Made by a program: the position numbers and the translations under genes. From a virus (taxonomy: Duplodnaviria; Caudoviricetes), in IMG/VR virus record IMGVR_UViG_3300018080_002591, positions 1 through 54,049 of that record: 54,049 nt of DNA. One strand, given 5' to 3'. The notes under the pieces are model-generated. The model ran no database searches. It was given only the letters and a program-made list of their open reading frames with translations, and was not told the origin of the DNA. Of the stretch, positions 45,593 to 54,049 are shown one piece after another. Each line of letters begins with the position of its first letter. The first letter of the stretch is position 1.

Positions 45593-48106
45593 TTATGTAA
45601 ATATCTTCACTTCAATAGAGTCAGCATCAAAATAAACATATTCAGGACCATACTCTAATAATTGTTCTTGTGTTAGATTAATTAAATCAAAATTAAAGAA
45701 TATATTAGTACCAGGGGCAAGTAATCTACAATGATCAACGCCATCTACGCCCTGAACGACATCGATAATTTCAGAACGATATATTTCCGATTCAATACCG
45801 AACCGATCTTCAAACGCAGAGACAAGGGTTTCCCTCACATCGGTTGCAAGACTCGATATAGACCCAGTATACTCTTTAGTTTGAAACACATCTAGAGATA
45901 TTTCTAATGGAATCATATAGTTAGGTAGAACCCAACCACCAGCTCCATAAACATATTTATAACCTTTATTTTGAACATATACAATATCGTCAGTGTTTGG
46001 TGTTGTAAAATACCAAGTTACTGCGGTTGCATCAATAACTGATGTAGAATCTGGGTTAGCATATGTACATTCGGCAATATCACCATCATGACCCTCAAAT
46101 ACACCTGTACCATTTAATACTATATATCTATCGTTTACCGTACACTGTATACTTGTTGAACTACATGGATTTCCAGGATCAGATCTAAAATCAATAACTG
46201 GTTGTGTATTAACTTCATTTAATTGCATATTATGTAAACGCCCAGTTGTATTTCCGAATTTTATGTTTACAAAATCAGTCATCATTTTATAGTCTTCGAA
46301 TGTCAATGATGATAGAAATACCTGCAACACACTTGATTCAAATTCTTTTTGGTCTATATTATCATAGTAATCTTTTTCAATACATGGAATATCATATACA
46401 GTATATGTTGTAGAATCCTCAATGACCACATTCGAACGTGTATAATTTTCTAATGATTGTCTTAAAGTTAATGTATTTTGATATCTACCAATAAGACCTT
46501 CAGTTGGATGTTGTAATGTAAAATAATATGTTAGCTCACCTTCTGCAATAATTGAATAGTCTGGAAATGTTAATACAAATTGATTTGAGGATGAATCATT
46601 AGTCATAACATAATCATTACCTGTTTCTAAAATATGCATAGTTGCGGTAACAGTTTCAGGATCGCTTGCTGTAGAATTATATTTTAATTCATATGTTGCA
46701 TTTGTTGTACCTGATGTATAAACAATTAAATTATCCGCATACAAACTATAATCAGAATTAAAACTTGTAATTAAAGTAGGTGTTTGCTCAATTTGAAACA
46801 TTACATAATTATAATCTGCGACCGTATTTAAAGGTTCAATTATCATATCGAAAAGAGTATAAAAATCAACTCCATTGACATCAATAATTGTTTTTCTTGG
46901 AACTATATCGCTTGTAAATTCTGCAAAAACATTTCTGGTTGGTACAACTGAATTTTGATATAATAAAGTAACGAATAATGATATCTCATTTGTTTTTATA
47001 TCTGAGCGTTTTAATACTGGCAATGAATTGGGACCAATAGGAGAATCATCTATAATGATATTAGAATCAATATAATCTTGTTCCGTAACGGTTCTTTCTA
47101 ATGCAGAAATATTAGCAATAGAGTTACGCCTTACCTCTTCAACTCCTTCTTCATCTGTTCCATTTAATGCACCAATAGTATTAACTACTGTATAACTTAC
47201 TAACTCTGTAACACCAGCATCAGTTTCATTATAAATTCTATCACCTGTTCGAATCGAACCTGATATTACATTACCATCCTCGCCTTCTGTTAGTGTTAAT
47301 GTTGCTCTAATCGTACTTCCAGCGGGTGGTTGATATCCAATTATGCCATTACCAAACGATGCGTTAACGCCTGCATCAGTTCGTCTAAGCACATATCCTT
47401 TTGTATTCTCGTCCATTAAATACAAACTGCTATATTCAGTATATAAATCAAAACCAGTTTGATTAGGTTCTCTAACCTCAATTACAACCCCTGCAAGTTT
47501 ATCATCAAAGTTTATATCTACATTATAAAATTGATATACTTGTAAATCACTTGCGACTTGAAATTCTTGAATCTCACTAGTTAACTGTCTAACATTTAGA
47601 GCAAATGAAAATTTTTCTGTATCTACAATGACAGGTATATCAAATACTTTCGTATCTTCTTGTGCAGTTATTTTTACAGATGAATTGTTAGTAACTGTTA
47701 TTGTTGTTTCATAATATGTAGCAAATGTAATATCATTAGCTCTAACCTGAAACCCTTCTGGTATAGTAAATGTTGCAACAGCATCTTCAAACCCTAGTGG
47801 CATTTCAAATAAAACATCAACGGTTGCATAATTTGCCAACGATGCTTCATAACCCAAAAACGCCGCTAAATTGTAAATTGAATCAGGCAATTGTGCTTTA
47901 GTAAGAAAGAATTCACGATATACTGAAGTTTGATAAAACATTAAATTGCTTGTAAGAGTTGCTAATGCTTCAACAATAAAAGATAGGAATGACGATTTCG
48001 TAAGATCGACATTTTCTAATTCTAGATATTTTTTCAATTCTTGTATAATTAAATTTCTGTTTTCTTCTCTAGAAGTATATACTGTTTGTGATACTGTATC
48101 AGTCAT
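45593..48106 (-). CDS. Baseplate wedge protein (T4 gp6 / baseplate J-like)
   Basis: EFFLTKAQLPDSIYNLAAFLGY, FGNGIIGYQPPAGS, NGTDEEGVEEVRRN, RTVTEQDY, VDGVDH. Confidence 0.85.
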   Translation of the reverse strand: MTDTVSQTVYTSREENRNLIIQELKKYLELENVDLTKSSFLSFIVEALATLTSNLMFYQTSVYREFFLTKAQLPDSIYNLAAFLGYEASLANYATVDVLFEMPLGFEDAVATFTIPEGFQVRANDITFATYYETTITVTNNSSVKITAQEDTKVFDIPVIVDTEKFSFALNVRQLTSEIQEFQVASDLQVYQFYNVDINFDDKLAGVVIEVREPNQTGFDLYTEYSSLYLMDENTKGYVLRRTDAGVNASFGNGIIGYQPPAGSTIRATLTLTEGEDGNVISGSIRTGDRIYNETDAGVTELVSYTVVNTIGALNGTDEEGVEEVRRNSIANISALERTVTEQDYIDSNIIIDDSPIGPNSLPVLKRSDIKTNEISLFVTLLYQNSVVPTRNVFAEFTSDIVPRKTIIDVNGVDFYTLFDMIIEPLNTVADYNYVMFQIEQTPTLITSFNSDYSLYADNLIVYTSGTTNATYELKYNSTASDPETVTATMHILETGNDYVMTNDSSSNQFVLTFPDYSIIAEGELTYYFTLQHPTEGLIGRYQNTLTLRQSLENYTRSNVVIEDSTTYTVYDIPCIEKDYYDNIDQKEFESSVLQVFLSSLTFEDYKMMTDFVNIKFGNTTGRLHNMQLNEVNTQPVIDFRSDPGNPCSSTSIQCTVNDRYIVLNGTGVFEGHDGDIAECTYANPDSTSVIDATAVTWYFTTPNTDDIVYVQNKGYKYVYGAGGWVLPNYMIPLEISLDVFQTKEYTGSISSLATDVRETLVSAFEDRFGIESEIYRSEIIDVVQGVDGVDHCRLLAPGTNIFFNFDLINLTQEQLLEYGPEYVYFDADSIEVKIFT

Positions 48107-48116
48107 ATCTATACCT

Positions 48117-48770
48117 TTATACTAAATAGAAACCGCTGTTAGCATCAAATAAAGTTTGCTTACATCTGTTTCTAAGAGTTTCATTTTTTGTTAGAAGTTT
48201 TGTTAAATACTCTGCGTCCTCAAGTTCATGAATAGTTTTATCATATTCATAAAAAGCATATGTATCTAATACCTGTGCATTCAAATCTGTTTCAGTAACA
48301 CTCTGTTCAACTTCAACTTTTAATTTCCAAAATGTTCTATCAGTGTTAACAGATTTTTCAACTCCGGATACATTGAATATTGGATATGTGTCATTTACAG
48401 GTCTTAAATAAGATTGTTCTAATTTGATTTTATCATTTGGTAATGGAGTGAAATTATATGTACTTGGAATAACAAATCTTGTTTCGCCTTCTTTAATATA
48501 ACCAATATCTTGACCATCAAACACAGTAGAAATATCTTCAATATAATATACAGGCAATAAAAGAATTTGATTCCATCGTATTCCTGAAAACTCACCAACT
48601 CTATCATATGAACCAGCAAATACATGTTCATCTTCCCATATGGTTTCTTCGGCATCAATATGATAATATGTTGTTAGAAATGCGACTACATCTTTGCTAT
48701 AAAAATCATATATCAGTCTTTGATATTCATGAATATAATCATATAGTCTAGTAAATTTTTGTGTTGACAT
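48117..48770 (-). CDS. Putative virion structural protein (neck/head-closure-like)
   Basis: Between gp25-like and gp6-like genes; beta-rich TPLPNDKI...FNVSGVE..WKL (weak). Confidence 0.45.
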   Translation of the reverse strand: MSTQKFTRLYDYIHEYQRLIYDFYSKDVVAFLTTYYHIDAEETIWEDEHVFAGSYDRVGEFSGIRWNQILLLPVYYIEDISTVFDGQDIGYIKEGETRFVIPSTYNFTPLPNDKIKLEQSYLRPVNDTYPIFNVSGVEKSVNTDRTFWKLKVEVEQSVTETDLNAQVLDTYAFYEYDKTIHELEDAEYLTKLLTKNETLRNRCKQTLFDANSGFYLV

Positions 48771-49210
48771 TAGTCCGCAGTCCTCGTTAAGAAATCAGCA
48801 AATGTTACATCATCAAATTTTACATCTAATGTGCCTTTTTCTCCCTCATAGTCTACATATAATATAACATTAAATCTTTTACCATTTGATTGAACAATTA
48901 CATCTATGCCATCAATTGTGGCTCTATCATCATATATAGCTATACGAGTAGCTACTTCGTTTTTAATGCCTTCAACCGATATGTTATCTGATGGTTCAAA
49001 TACATATTTATATAAATCACTTCCAAATTCAGGATCATGTAAATATGTACCTCTTGGGGTTAATAAAATATTATTCCATGAATTTAATATAACATTTAGT
49101 TTGTCAATTCTTTTAAAATCCCCCTGTGGCGCAATGACGGAAAGATAGTCATAAAGGGTATCCTCAGAACCAATTACTTCTGTTTTGAAACGATCTAGTA
49201 AATTAGCCAT
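48770..49210 (-). CDS. Baseplate wedge subunit, gp25/GPW family
   Basis: SWNNILLTPRGTYLHDPEFGSDLYKYVFEP...IAIYDDR. Confidence 0.88.
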   Translation of the reverse strand: MANLLDRFKTEVIGSEDTLYDYLSVIAPQGDFKRIDKLNVILNSWNNILLTPRGTYLHDPEFGSDLYKYVFEPSDNISVEGIKNEVATRIAIYDDRATIDGIDVIVQSNGKRFNVILYVDYEGEKGTLDVKFDDVTFADFLTRTAD

Positions 49211-49212
49211 TT

Positions 49213-49350
49213 TTATCCTCTTTTAGATATCTCTTCAGCCACCATTTTCTTTTTATCTTCTTCAAGATCAGTTTTCCATTTTAGATAATTATAAAATCTT
49301 TTGATTGGCATATCTGTCACAGACTGATATGGAGTTTTACTCATTTCCAT
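49213..49350 (-). CDS. Small tail/baseplate chaperone extension (gp51/GT-like), possibly reached by frameshift (absent from the ORF track)
   Basis: MEMSKTPYQSVTDMPIKRFYNYLKWKTDLEEDKKKMVAEEISKRG*; frame stays open back to about 49435; no RBS before the ATG. Confidence 0.65.
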   Translation of the reverse strand: MEMSKTPYQSVTDMPIKRFYNYLKWKTDLEEDKKKMVAEEISKRG

Positions 49351-49399
49351 ACACGCAAATATATTGGATTCGAGTGTTTCTCTATACTTATTTACATAA

Positions 49400-50185
49400 T
49401 CAGAATGTGAACACCATGCGAAAAAAGTTTGAAACTAAATCAAGATCAATTTCTTCTTCTGCACCACAATGAGCACAACTACTTCTCATCTTTAAAGCAA
49501 TGCCATATTGACCCAATTCGTCCCGATATTTTTTATGAATAATTCGTTTGTCTCTAGCAGGCAAAGACATATATGCATCAATGATATCACCCGTATCTTT
49601 ATAAACAACAGTATCTCCTTCTTCAGGATTATAATGAAATTTTTCAATGATCAATGTCTCAGTAATAACATCCATATTAGCATCGACAGCAGGCGATTGT
49701 GTTTTAATAGCCATCATTTCATCAAATAATGTAGGTTGTTTTAATGTACAAACCACACCTGAAGTTGCAGGAAGATCGACAGGGATCCTTATTTTTAATA
49801 TTTCGTCGCCTGGATATGGCATATAATTGAATGTGGATGAGGCTTGAACAGTAACTGGATATTCTTTTTGACATGATCCACAAGTAACATCATAATTTCT
49901 TATTTCTTCATAAGATATATGATATAAACCATAAAGCAAGGCGTCTCTATCTTTCAATGTCACTGCTTTTAAAAATGAATCATAATCAGTTATCTGTTCA
50001 GGTTTTTCTACGAGGGAATCATAAATGCATTTGTTAAGATGCTCGTGAATTTTAGTAGGAGTCATTAAACTCCCTTTTAATCTTTCTTCTTCCTTCACGT
50101 TCAATGACCTAACAGTAAATGAAAGTTTTGTTTGTGGTGTGATAACTTCATACTCCGGAAACTTCACATCGAATCCTTTAAACAT
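49400..50185 (-). CDS. Baseplate hub/tail assembly chaperone (T4 gp26-like)
   Basis: PEYEVITP, VRSLNVKEEE, DRDALL, VTCGSC and CAHCG Zn pairs, ends NFFRMVFTF. Confidence 0.75.
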   Translation of the reverse strand: MFKGFDVKFPEYEVITPQTKLSFTVRSLNVKEEERLKGSLMTPTKIHEHLNKCIYDSLVEKPEQITDYDSFLKAVTLKDRDALLYGLYHISYEEIRNYDVTCGSCQKEYPVTVQASSTFNYMPYPGDEILKIRIPVDLPATSGVVCTLKQPTLFDEMMAIKTQSPAVDANMDVITETLIIEKFHYNPEEGDTVVYKDTGDIIDAYMSLPARDKRIIHKKYRDELGQYGIALKMRSSCAHCGAEEEIDLDLVSNFFRMVFTF

Positions 50186-50224
50186 GTTAATACTCCTTTC
50201 GGTTCGTGTCTAATTTATTTTTCG

Positions 50225-50251
50225 AAATAAAGGGGCGTGATTAGCGCCCCT
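50225..50251 (-). terminator. Intrinsic terminator-like hairpin
   Basis: Minus strand aggggcg-ctaatca-cgcccct then ttattt, downstream of ORF 50277..51221. Confidence 0.65.
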
Positions 50252-50276
50252 ATATAGGTTTATTATCCTTTCTACC

Positions 50277-51221
50277 TTATGCAGCAATCTTTGCAGCTTT
50301 AGCTTTAATAGAAGCAACTTTCTTAGAAAGAGCAGCTTTACATTTTGCAGGATCTTTAGATTTTGCACATTTACTTACACCAGATTGTATTGCAGAAGCT
50401 TGTTTCATAAGAGCAGTTTTCTTGTATTTATTCATACATGCTGTTTTTTCTTTTCCTGATTTACCAGCACATGCTTTAGCAGCTTGACTGAAAAATCTCT
50501 TATAGATTTTATAACCAGCATAGATTGCGAGAGCAGCAGCAGCTGCACCACCAGTAGCTAAACCAGCTTTAGTTCCAGAAAATTTAGTAATCGCTGTACC
50601 AGCTTTAGTAGCGGCACCCTGAACTGATTTAGCAGCAGCAGCACCTTTTTTCAATGCTGCTTGATATGCTGGACTAGCTTTTAATGCAGAAATTTTATTC
50701 ATTATTGCAGTTTTTGCATCGCCAGATAATTTACCCGCTTGAGTTTTTAATAGATTCAATTTAGCTAACATTGGGTGTTTGAATTGACTTCCTGTTGGAT
50801 CAGGCATAGAAACTTCTTGAATCATACATGCAAGAGCTACATCCATATTTGTTTGAGCTGTAAACTCAAGTACTGGTCTTTGGGTTGAAGTAGTCATGTA
50901 AAGACTATCAACTTCATTTAGAACATTATCAAAAATATCTTCGCCAACCATTTCGGTAACAAAGTCTTTATTAATTAACATACTTTCTTTCAGATCACTA
51001 AATAAAATAGCTTCTGCGGTAACATTATATTTTTCTTCTGGAAGTGTACCATGTAAAAGAAGGTTCATGATTTGATAATCAGATGCTTCATTTTGAATAA
51101 ATGAAATAAGTTCTTTGCTGTTATCTTCTTTTTTTGCTTCAATAATATTACTTAAAGAAGTACGTGCAGCCATTAAAAATAATACTGAATCTCCTACGTT
51201 TTGATTTTCTGTGATAAACAT
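50277..51221 (-). CDS. Putative virion protein with acidic N-terminal half and Ala/Lys-rich C-terminal half
   Basis: Composition switch near MIQEVSMP; GGAAAAALAIYAGYKIYKRFF segment; paired Cys in KACAGK..KTAC and KCAKSKDPAKC. Confidence 0.65.
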   Translation of the reverse strand: MFITENQNVGDSVLFLMAARTSLSNIIEAKKEDNSKELISFIQNEASDYQIMNLLLHGTLPEEKYNVTAEAILFSDLKESMLINKDFVTEMVGEDIFDNVLNEVDSLYMTTSTQRPVLEFTAQTNMDVALACMIQEVSMPDPTGSQFKHPMLAKLNLLKTQAGKLSGDAKTAIMNKISALKASPAYQAALKKGAAAAKSVQGAATKAGTAITKFSGTKAGLATGGAAAAALAIYAGYKIYKRFFSQAAKACAGKSGKEKTACMNKYKKTALMKQASAIQSGVSKCAKSKDPAKCKAALSKKVASIKAKAAKIAA

Positions 51222-51246
51222 TTTATTTTGTCTCCTTTTTTAATTA

Positions 51247-51969
51247 TTAACTAGATGATTGAATTGCATCGCCATATTGTTCAATAACTTCTGCTTTAAC
51301 TTTAAATACTTGATCGGCATATTGTTGACATTTTTCTTTTACCCAATCTTCATGCCATATATAGTCGACATTAAATTCAATCTCTGTATCTAATCTACCA
51401 ACTGTTTCCACATCACTTGCAAATAAGTCTTGTGGATCTTTTGTTGGAAATACTCCATCATAAACTGCATAGTATTCAACAGTTTTTGCATCTGGAGCAG
51501 TTGTCCAATAATACATAAGACCAGCATATGTATTTTTTGTATACCCATCTAAAGTATCTTTATCTTCAAGATTAGATACTCCAGAACGATAATCTCTAAT
51601 CATTTTTACCCAACCATGCATGATATTCAAAAGTGGTGTTCCATTAAATTCTAAGAACTTAACTGAAACTGAATTTCCATAATCAACATTAGCTGGTACT
51701 GCCCATTTAATTCCACCCAATCCAGTGAACTCAACTTTATTCAAAGTACCTCCTGGTGGTGTAACTGAAAGACATGCCCCTGAAAGCAAATTAGCAATTA
51801 CTGCATTACTATCTAAATCTACAAATTCTTGTAGTCTTGGTGGCAATTTTGCAAACCAGATAAAATGATAACCTGTTACATATGGGTCAGCCACTCCAGC
51901 AACGGTACCACCGAAATTACGGCTAAGAACATTGTTGGGTACATTGGCAAATGAATTTTTTACTGCCAT
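51247..51969 (-). CDS. Tail tube protein (T4 gp19-like)
   Basis: SVTPPGGTLNKVEF.GLGG, SVKFLE, HGWVKMIRD..SG, YDGVFPT, IEFNVD. Confidence 0.75.
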   Translation of the reverse strand: MAVKNSFANVPNNVLSRNFGGTVAGVADPYVTGYHFIWFAKLPPRLQEFVDLDSNAVIANLLSGACLSVTPPGGTLNKVEFTGLGGIKWAVPANVDYGNSVSVKFLEFNGTPLLNIMHGWVKMIRDYRSGVSNLEDKDTLDGYTKNTYAGLMYYWTTAPDAKTVEYYAVYDGVFPTKDPQDLFASDVETVGRLDTEIEFNVDYIWHEDWVKEKCQQYADQVFKVKAEVIEQYGDAIQSSS

Positions 51970-51981
51970 TAGTGTATCCTC

Positions 51982-52533
51982 CTAAGATGTGAACTTCATT
52001 CTTTTTTTAATAACTTTTAATACAGCGTCCCAATTTCCATTATGGATAGGTATAGCTTTATCATCGATGTAAAAATCAGCACTTATTTTGTCTGCTGTAA
52101 TTTTATCGAAATAAATATCATGATGTTTTAACCATGCTTGAACTTGTGCGATTTGTCGTTTTTCATCGCCACCCATTTCCGCTGCATTGCCGGGCGAAGC
52201 TCTTGTAGTAAATATAACAATTTCATACCCATTATCCTTAAGCCAATTAATTGCATCTCTTGCACCATCAAACGGATCATCATAAACATCACCATTTTGC
52301 CAACCCTTTGAATATTTATGAATTGTTTGATCGAGATCTATCATTGCTCTTCTTTCATCCAAGAGCATTAACATTTCTGGGTATACTGTTCGTAAAATAT
52401 TTTTCTTTTTTTTCTTTTTGGTATTTGGAAATGAATCCATTCCGAATGCATTACCTGAAGATGTTGTAGTTATACCACCTGCAGCCATAGATTCATCTTG
52501 CTGAAAATTGTCTAATATATCTTCTAGATTCAT
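51982..52533 (-). CDS. HAD-superfamily phosphatase-like protein
   Basis: IDLDQTIH, IVIFTTR, K, ADFYIDDKA. Confidence 0.8.
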   Translation of the reverse strand: MNLEDILDNFQQDESMAAGGITTTSSGNAFGMDSFPNTKKKKKKNILRTVYPEMLMLLDERRAMIDLDQTIHKYSKGWQNGDVYDDPFDGARDAINWLKDNGYEIVIFTTRASPGNAAEMGGDEKRQIAQVQAWLKHHDIYFDKITADKISADFYIDDKAIPIHNGNWDAVLKVIKKRMKFTS

Positions 52534-52554
52534 ATTAATACCGATAGTATGAGA

Positions 52555-52568
52555 TTTATATTTTGTTC
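52555..52568 (-). promoter_or_regulatory. Candidate late promoter motif GAACAAAATATAAA
   Basis: Reverse complement of tttatattttgttc, 21 nt upstream of the first minus-strand gene. Confidence 0.6.
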
Positions 52569-52654
52569 TAATTATTATGGTGTATTAGTTAAAAAACTCT
52601 ATATATATAAATTACTAATAACAACTATTATTAATTTTTCGAAAGGAGATGTGA

Positions 52655-53110
52655 ATGTCAGATAGCAACAAATCAAGTTTTATTTTTAGTTGGCCATTTA
52701 TTATTATGTGTATTATTGGTTATAACCTTTTTTTCGACGATGACGATGAAACAAAAACAATGGAGTCAGTCGATCAAGAAACTCCAGCAGTCGTTGAAAC
52801 AATCAAAGAAGATAAACCAAATTCAATCGATTCTGCGGTGAAAAGAATTAAAAAAGAAATTGCTACATCGGAGTCACTTAAAAGTGTAAAGGAGGAGCTT
52901 TCAAAAGCTAAAGATGAAATTATTAATGAGTTCAAAGAAATATCTGAATCTCAAAAAGAAGCAAATACCAACGTTGCCAATGAATCAGATAAAAAATCAA
53001 ATGAAGATGAAGAAGCGCCAACTGAAGTTATGAGAGCAGAAACACAGGTTATTGAAAATGAGACAATTGATGTTGATAAAGAACCTGAGGATGTTATGAA
53101 ACCTCTTTGA
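52655..53110 (+). CDS. Membrane-anchored acidic hypothetical protein
   Basis: RBS AAGGAG; N-terminal hydrophobic FIFSWPFIIMCIIGYNLFF then acidic coiled region. Confidence 0.7.
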   Translation: MSDSNKSSFIFSWPFIIMCIIGYNLFFDDDDETKTMESVDQETPAVVETIKEDKPNSIDSAVKRIKKEIATSESLKSVKEELSKAKDEIINEFKEISESQKEANTNVANESDKKSNEDEEAPTEVMRAETQVIENETIDVDKEPEDVMKPL

Positions 53111-53120
53111 AAGGAAAGCT

Positions 53121-54049
53121 ATGTTTAAAAGATTTTTTAAGGAAGATAATAAAATCGTTGGAGGTATGTTCGATAAAGAATTTGAAAATGATGAATACGT
53201 TGTATGCTTCAACACCAAAACCGGTCTTGAAGTCCTTCAAGGCAAAAACGGCACAGACCCATTTCAAACCGAACTACCTCTATTGATTGACGTGGGGATT
53301 ATGGGTAGTTGTTTGAACTCATGCTCTTTTTGTTATCAGGGACCAACAAAAGAGCCACACATGACGTTTGAAAATTTTAAGACTATCATAGACCAAGTAA
53401 AAGATCACACCAATCAAGTAGCATTGGGGGGTCGTGGGGATCCTAATTTACACCCACAATTTAAGGAGATTGTTGAATATTCAAGATCAAATGGCGTAGT
53501 CCCAAATTATACAACAAGTGGTCGTAATCTAACAGATGAACAAATCGAAATATCAAAGATTTGTGGCGCTGTGGCTGTAAGTGCCTATGATCGGGATTTT
53601 ACATATGATGCCTTAGAACGATTAATGAATGCAAACATTAAAACAAATATTCATATGATCTTTACCAGAGAAAGTTTTGCTATGGCAATGGATATGGTAA
53701 GTGGTTATGATATTTGGAAAGGCAAAGTAAATCTCAAAAAACTCAATGCTGTAATTTTTCTTTTATTCAAACCACAGGGATCTGGAAAAGATAAACTTAA
53801 CTTGATACCAACAATGAGTCAACTTGAAACTTTTTCTAAAGTTATATTTAATCCAAACACTATATATAAAATAGGAATGGATAGTTGTATGCTTAATCAT
53901 GTATTACAATATGCCGAACCAACAGAAATTCAAAAAATGGCAGTTGATACATGCGAATCATCCAGGATGTCTGTTTATATCAGTCCTTCAATGCAATTGA
54001 TCCCTTGTAGTTTTGCAGATCATGACACATGGGGTGTTAATATAACAGA
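53121..54049 (+). CDS. Radical SAM/SPASM-type protein, 3'-partial (absent from the ORF track)
   Basis: Manual translation MFKRFFKEDNK...LIDVGIMGSCLNSCSFCYQG...QVALGGRGDPNLHP...PNYTTSG...CESSRMSVYISPSMQLIPCSF; open to the window end. Confidence 0.88.
   Translation, partial: MFKRFFKEDNKIVGGMFDKEFENDEYVVCFNTKTGLEVLQGKNGTDPFQTELPLLIDVGIMGSCLNSCSFCYQGPTKEPHMTFENFKTIIDQVKDHTNQVALGGRGDPNLHPQFKEIVEYSRSNGVVPNYTTSGRNLTDEQIEISKICGAVAVSAYDRDFTYDALERLMNANIKTNIHMIFTRESFAMAMDMVSGYDIWKGKVNLKKLNAVIFLLFKPQGSGKDKLNLIPTMSQLETFSKVIFNPNTIYKIGMDSCMLNHVLQYAEPTEIQKMAVDTCESSRMSVYISPSMQLIPCSFADHDTWGVNIT

Noticed and set aside
630-53218. Numerous short opposite-strand or nested ORFs in the track (e.g. 8283..8588, 24058..24522, 41658..42086, 48906..49148)
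   Set aside because: They lie inside well-supported genes, lack RBS and motifs, and look like shadow ORFs
1-54049. Stop-codon reassignment, inteins or introns
   Set aside because: Conserved genes are full-length or compact in the standard code with no large insertions; TAA, TGA and TAG all terminate genes
1-54049. CRISPR array, tRNA or rRNA genes
   Set aside because: Intergenic gaps are short and no repeat-spacer periodicity or cloverleaf was seen by eye; tRNAscan-SE would be needed to exclude tRNAs formally

Overview
AT-rich, gene-dense 54 kb segment of a large (probably jumbo) myovirus-type bacteriophage genome, read in the standard code. Left to right: replication/recombination genes (type IIA topoisomerase B and A subunits separated by an inserted MTase/MTase/helicase-HNH cassette, QueD, UvsW-like helicase, Mre11/Rad50 pair, a pilin-like gene, radical SAM); a six-gene prokaryotic ubiquitin-like conjugation locus (large E2-family-D protein, JAB peptidase with zinc ribbons, E1/ThiF, Rho-N-fused ubiquitin-like protein ending in Gly, second ThiF, UBC-like HPN..C protein); compact bacterial-type RNA polymerase beta' and beta subunits; a nucleotide/cofactor-metabolism block (FolE2, TIM barrel, miniature PolB-like ORF, SAM methyltransferase); and two convergent morphogenesis operons (terminase, tape measure, baseplate, tail tube, tail chaperone with a candidate +1 frameshift) preceded by a shared GAACAAAWWATAAA motif. 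The strongest candidate for a poorly described system is the phage-encoded ubiquitination locus directly upstream of the phage RNAP. All family assignments come from motifs recognised by eye; no searches were run. No tRNA, rRNA or CRISPR array was seen.
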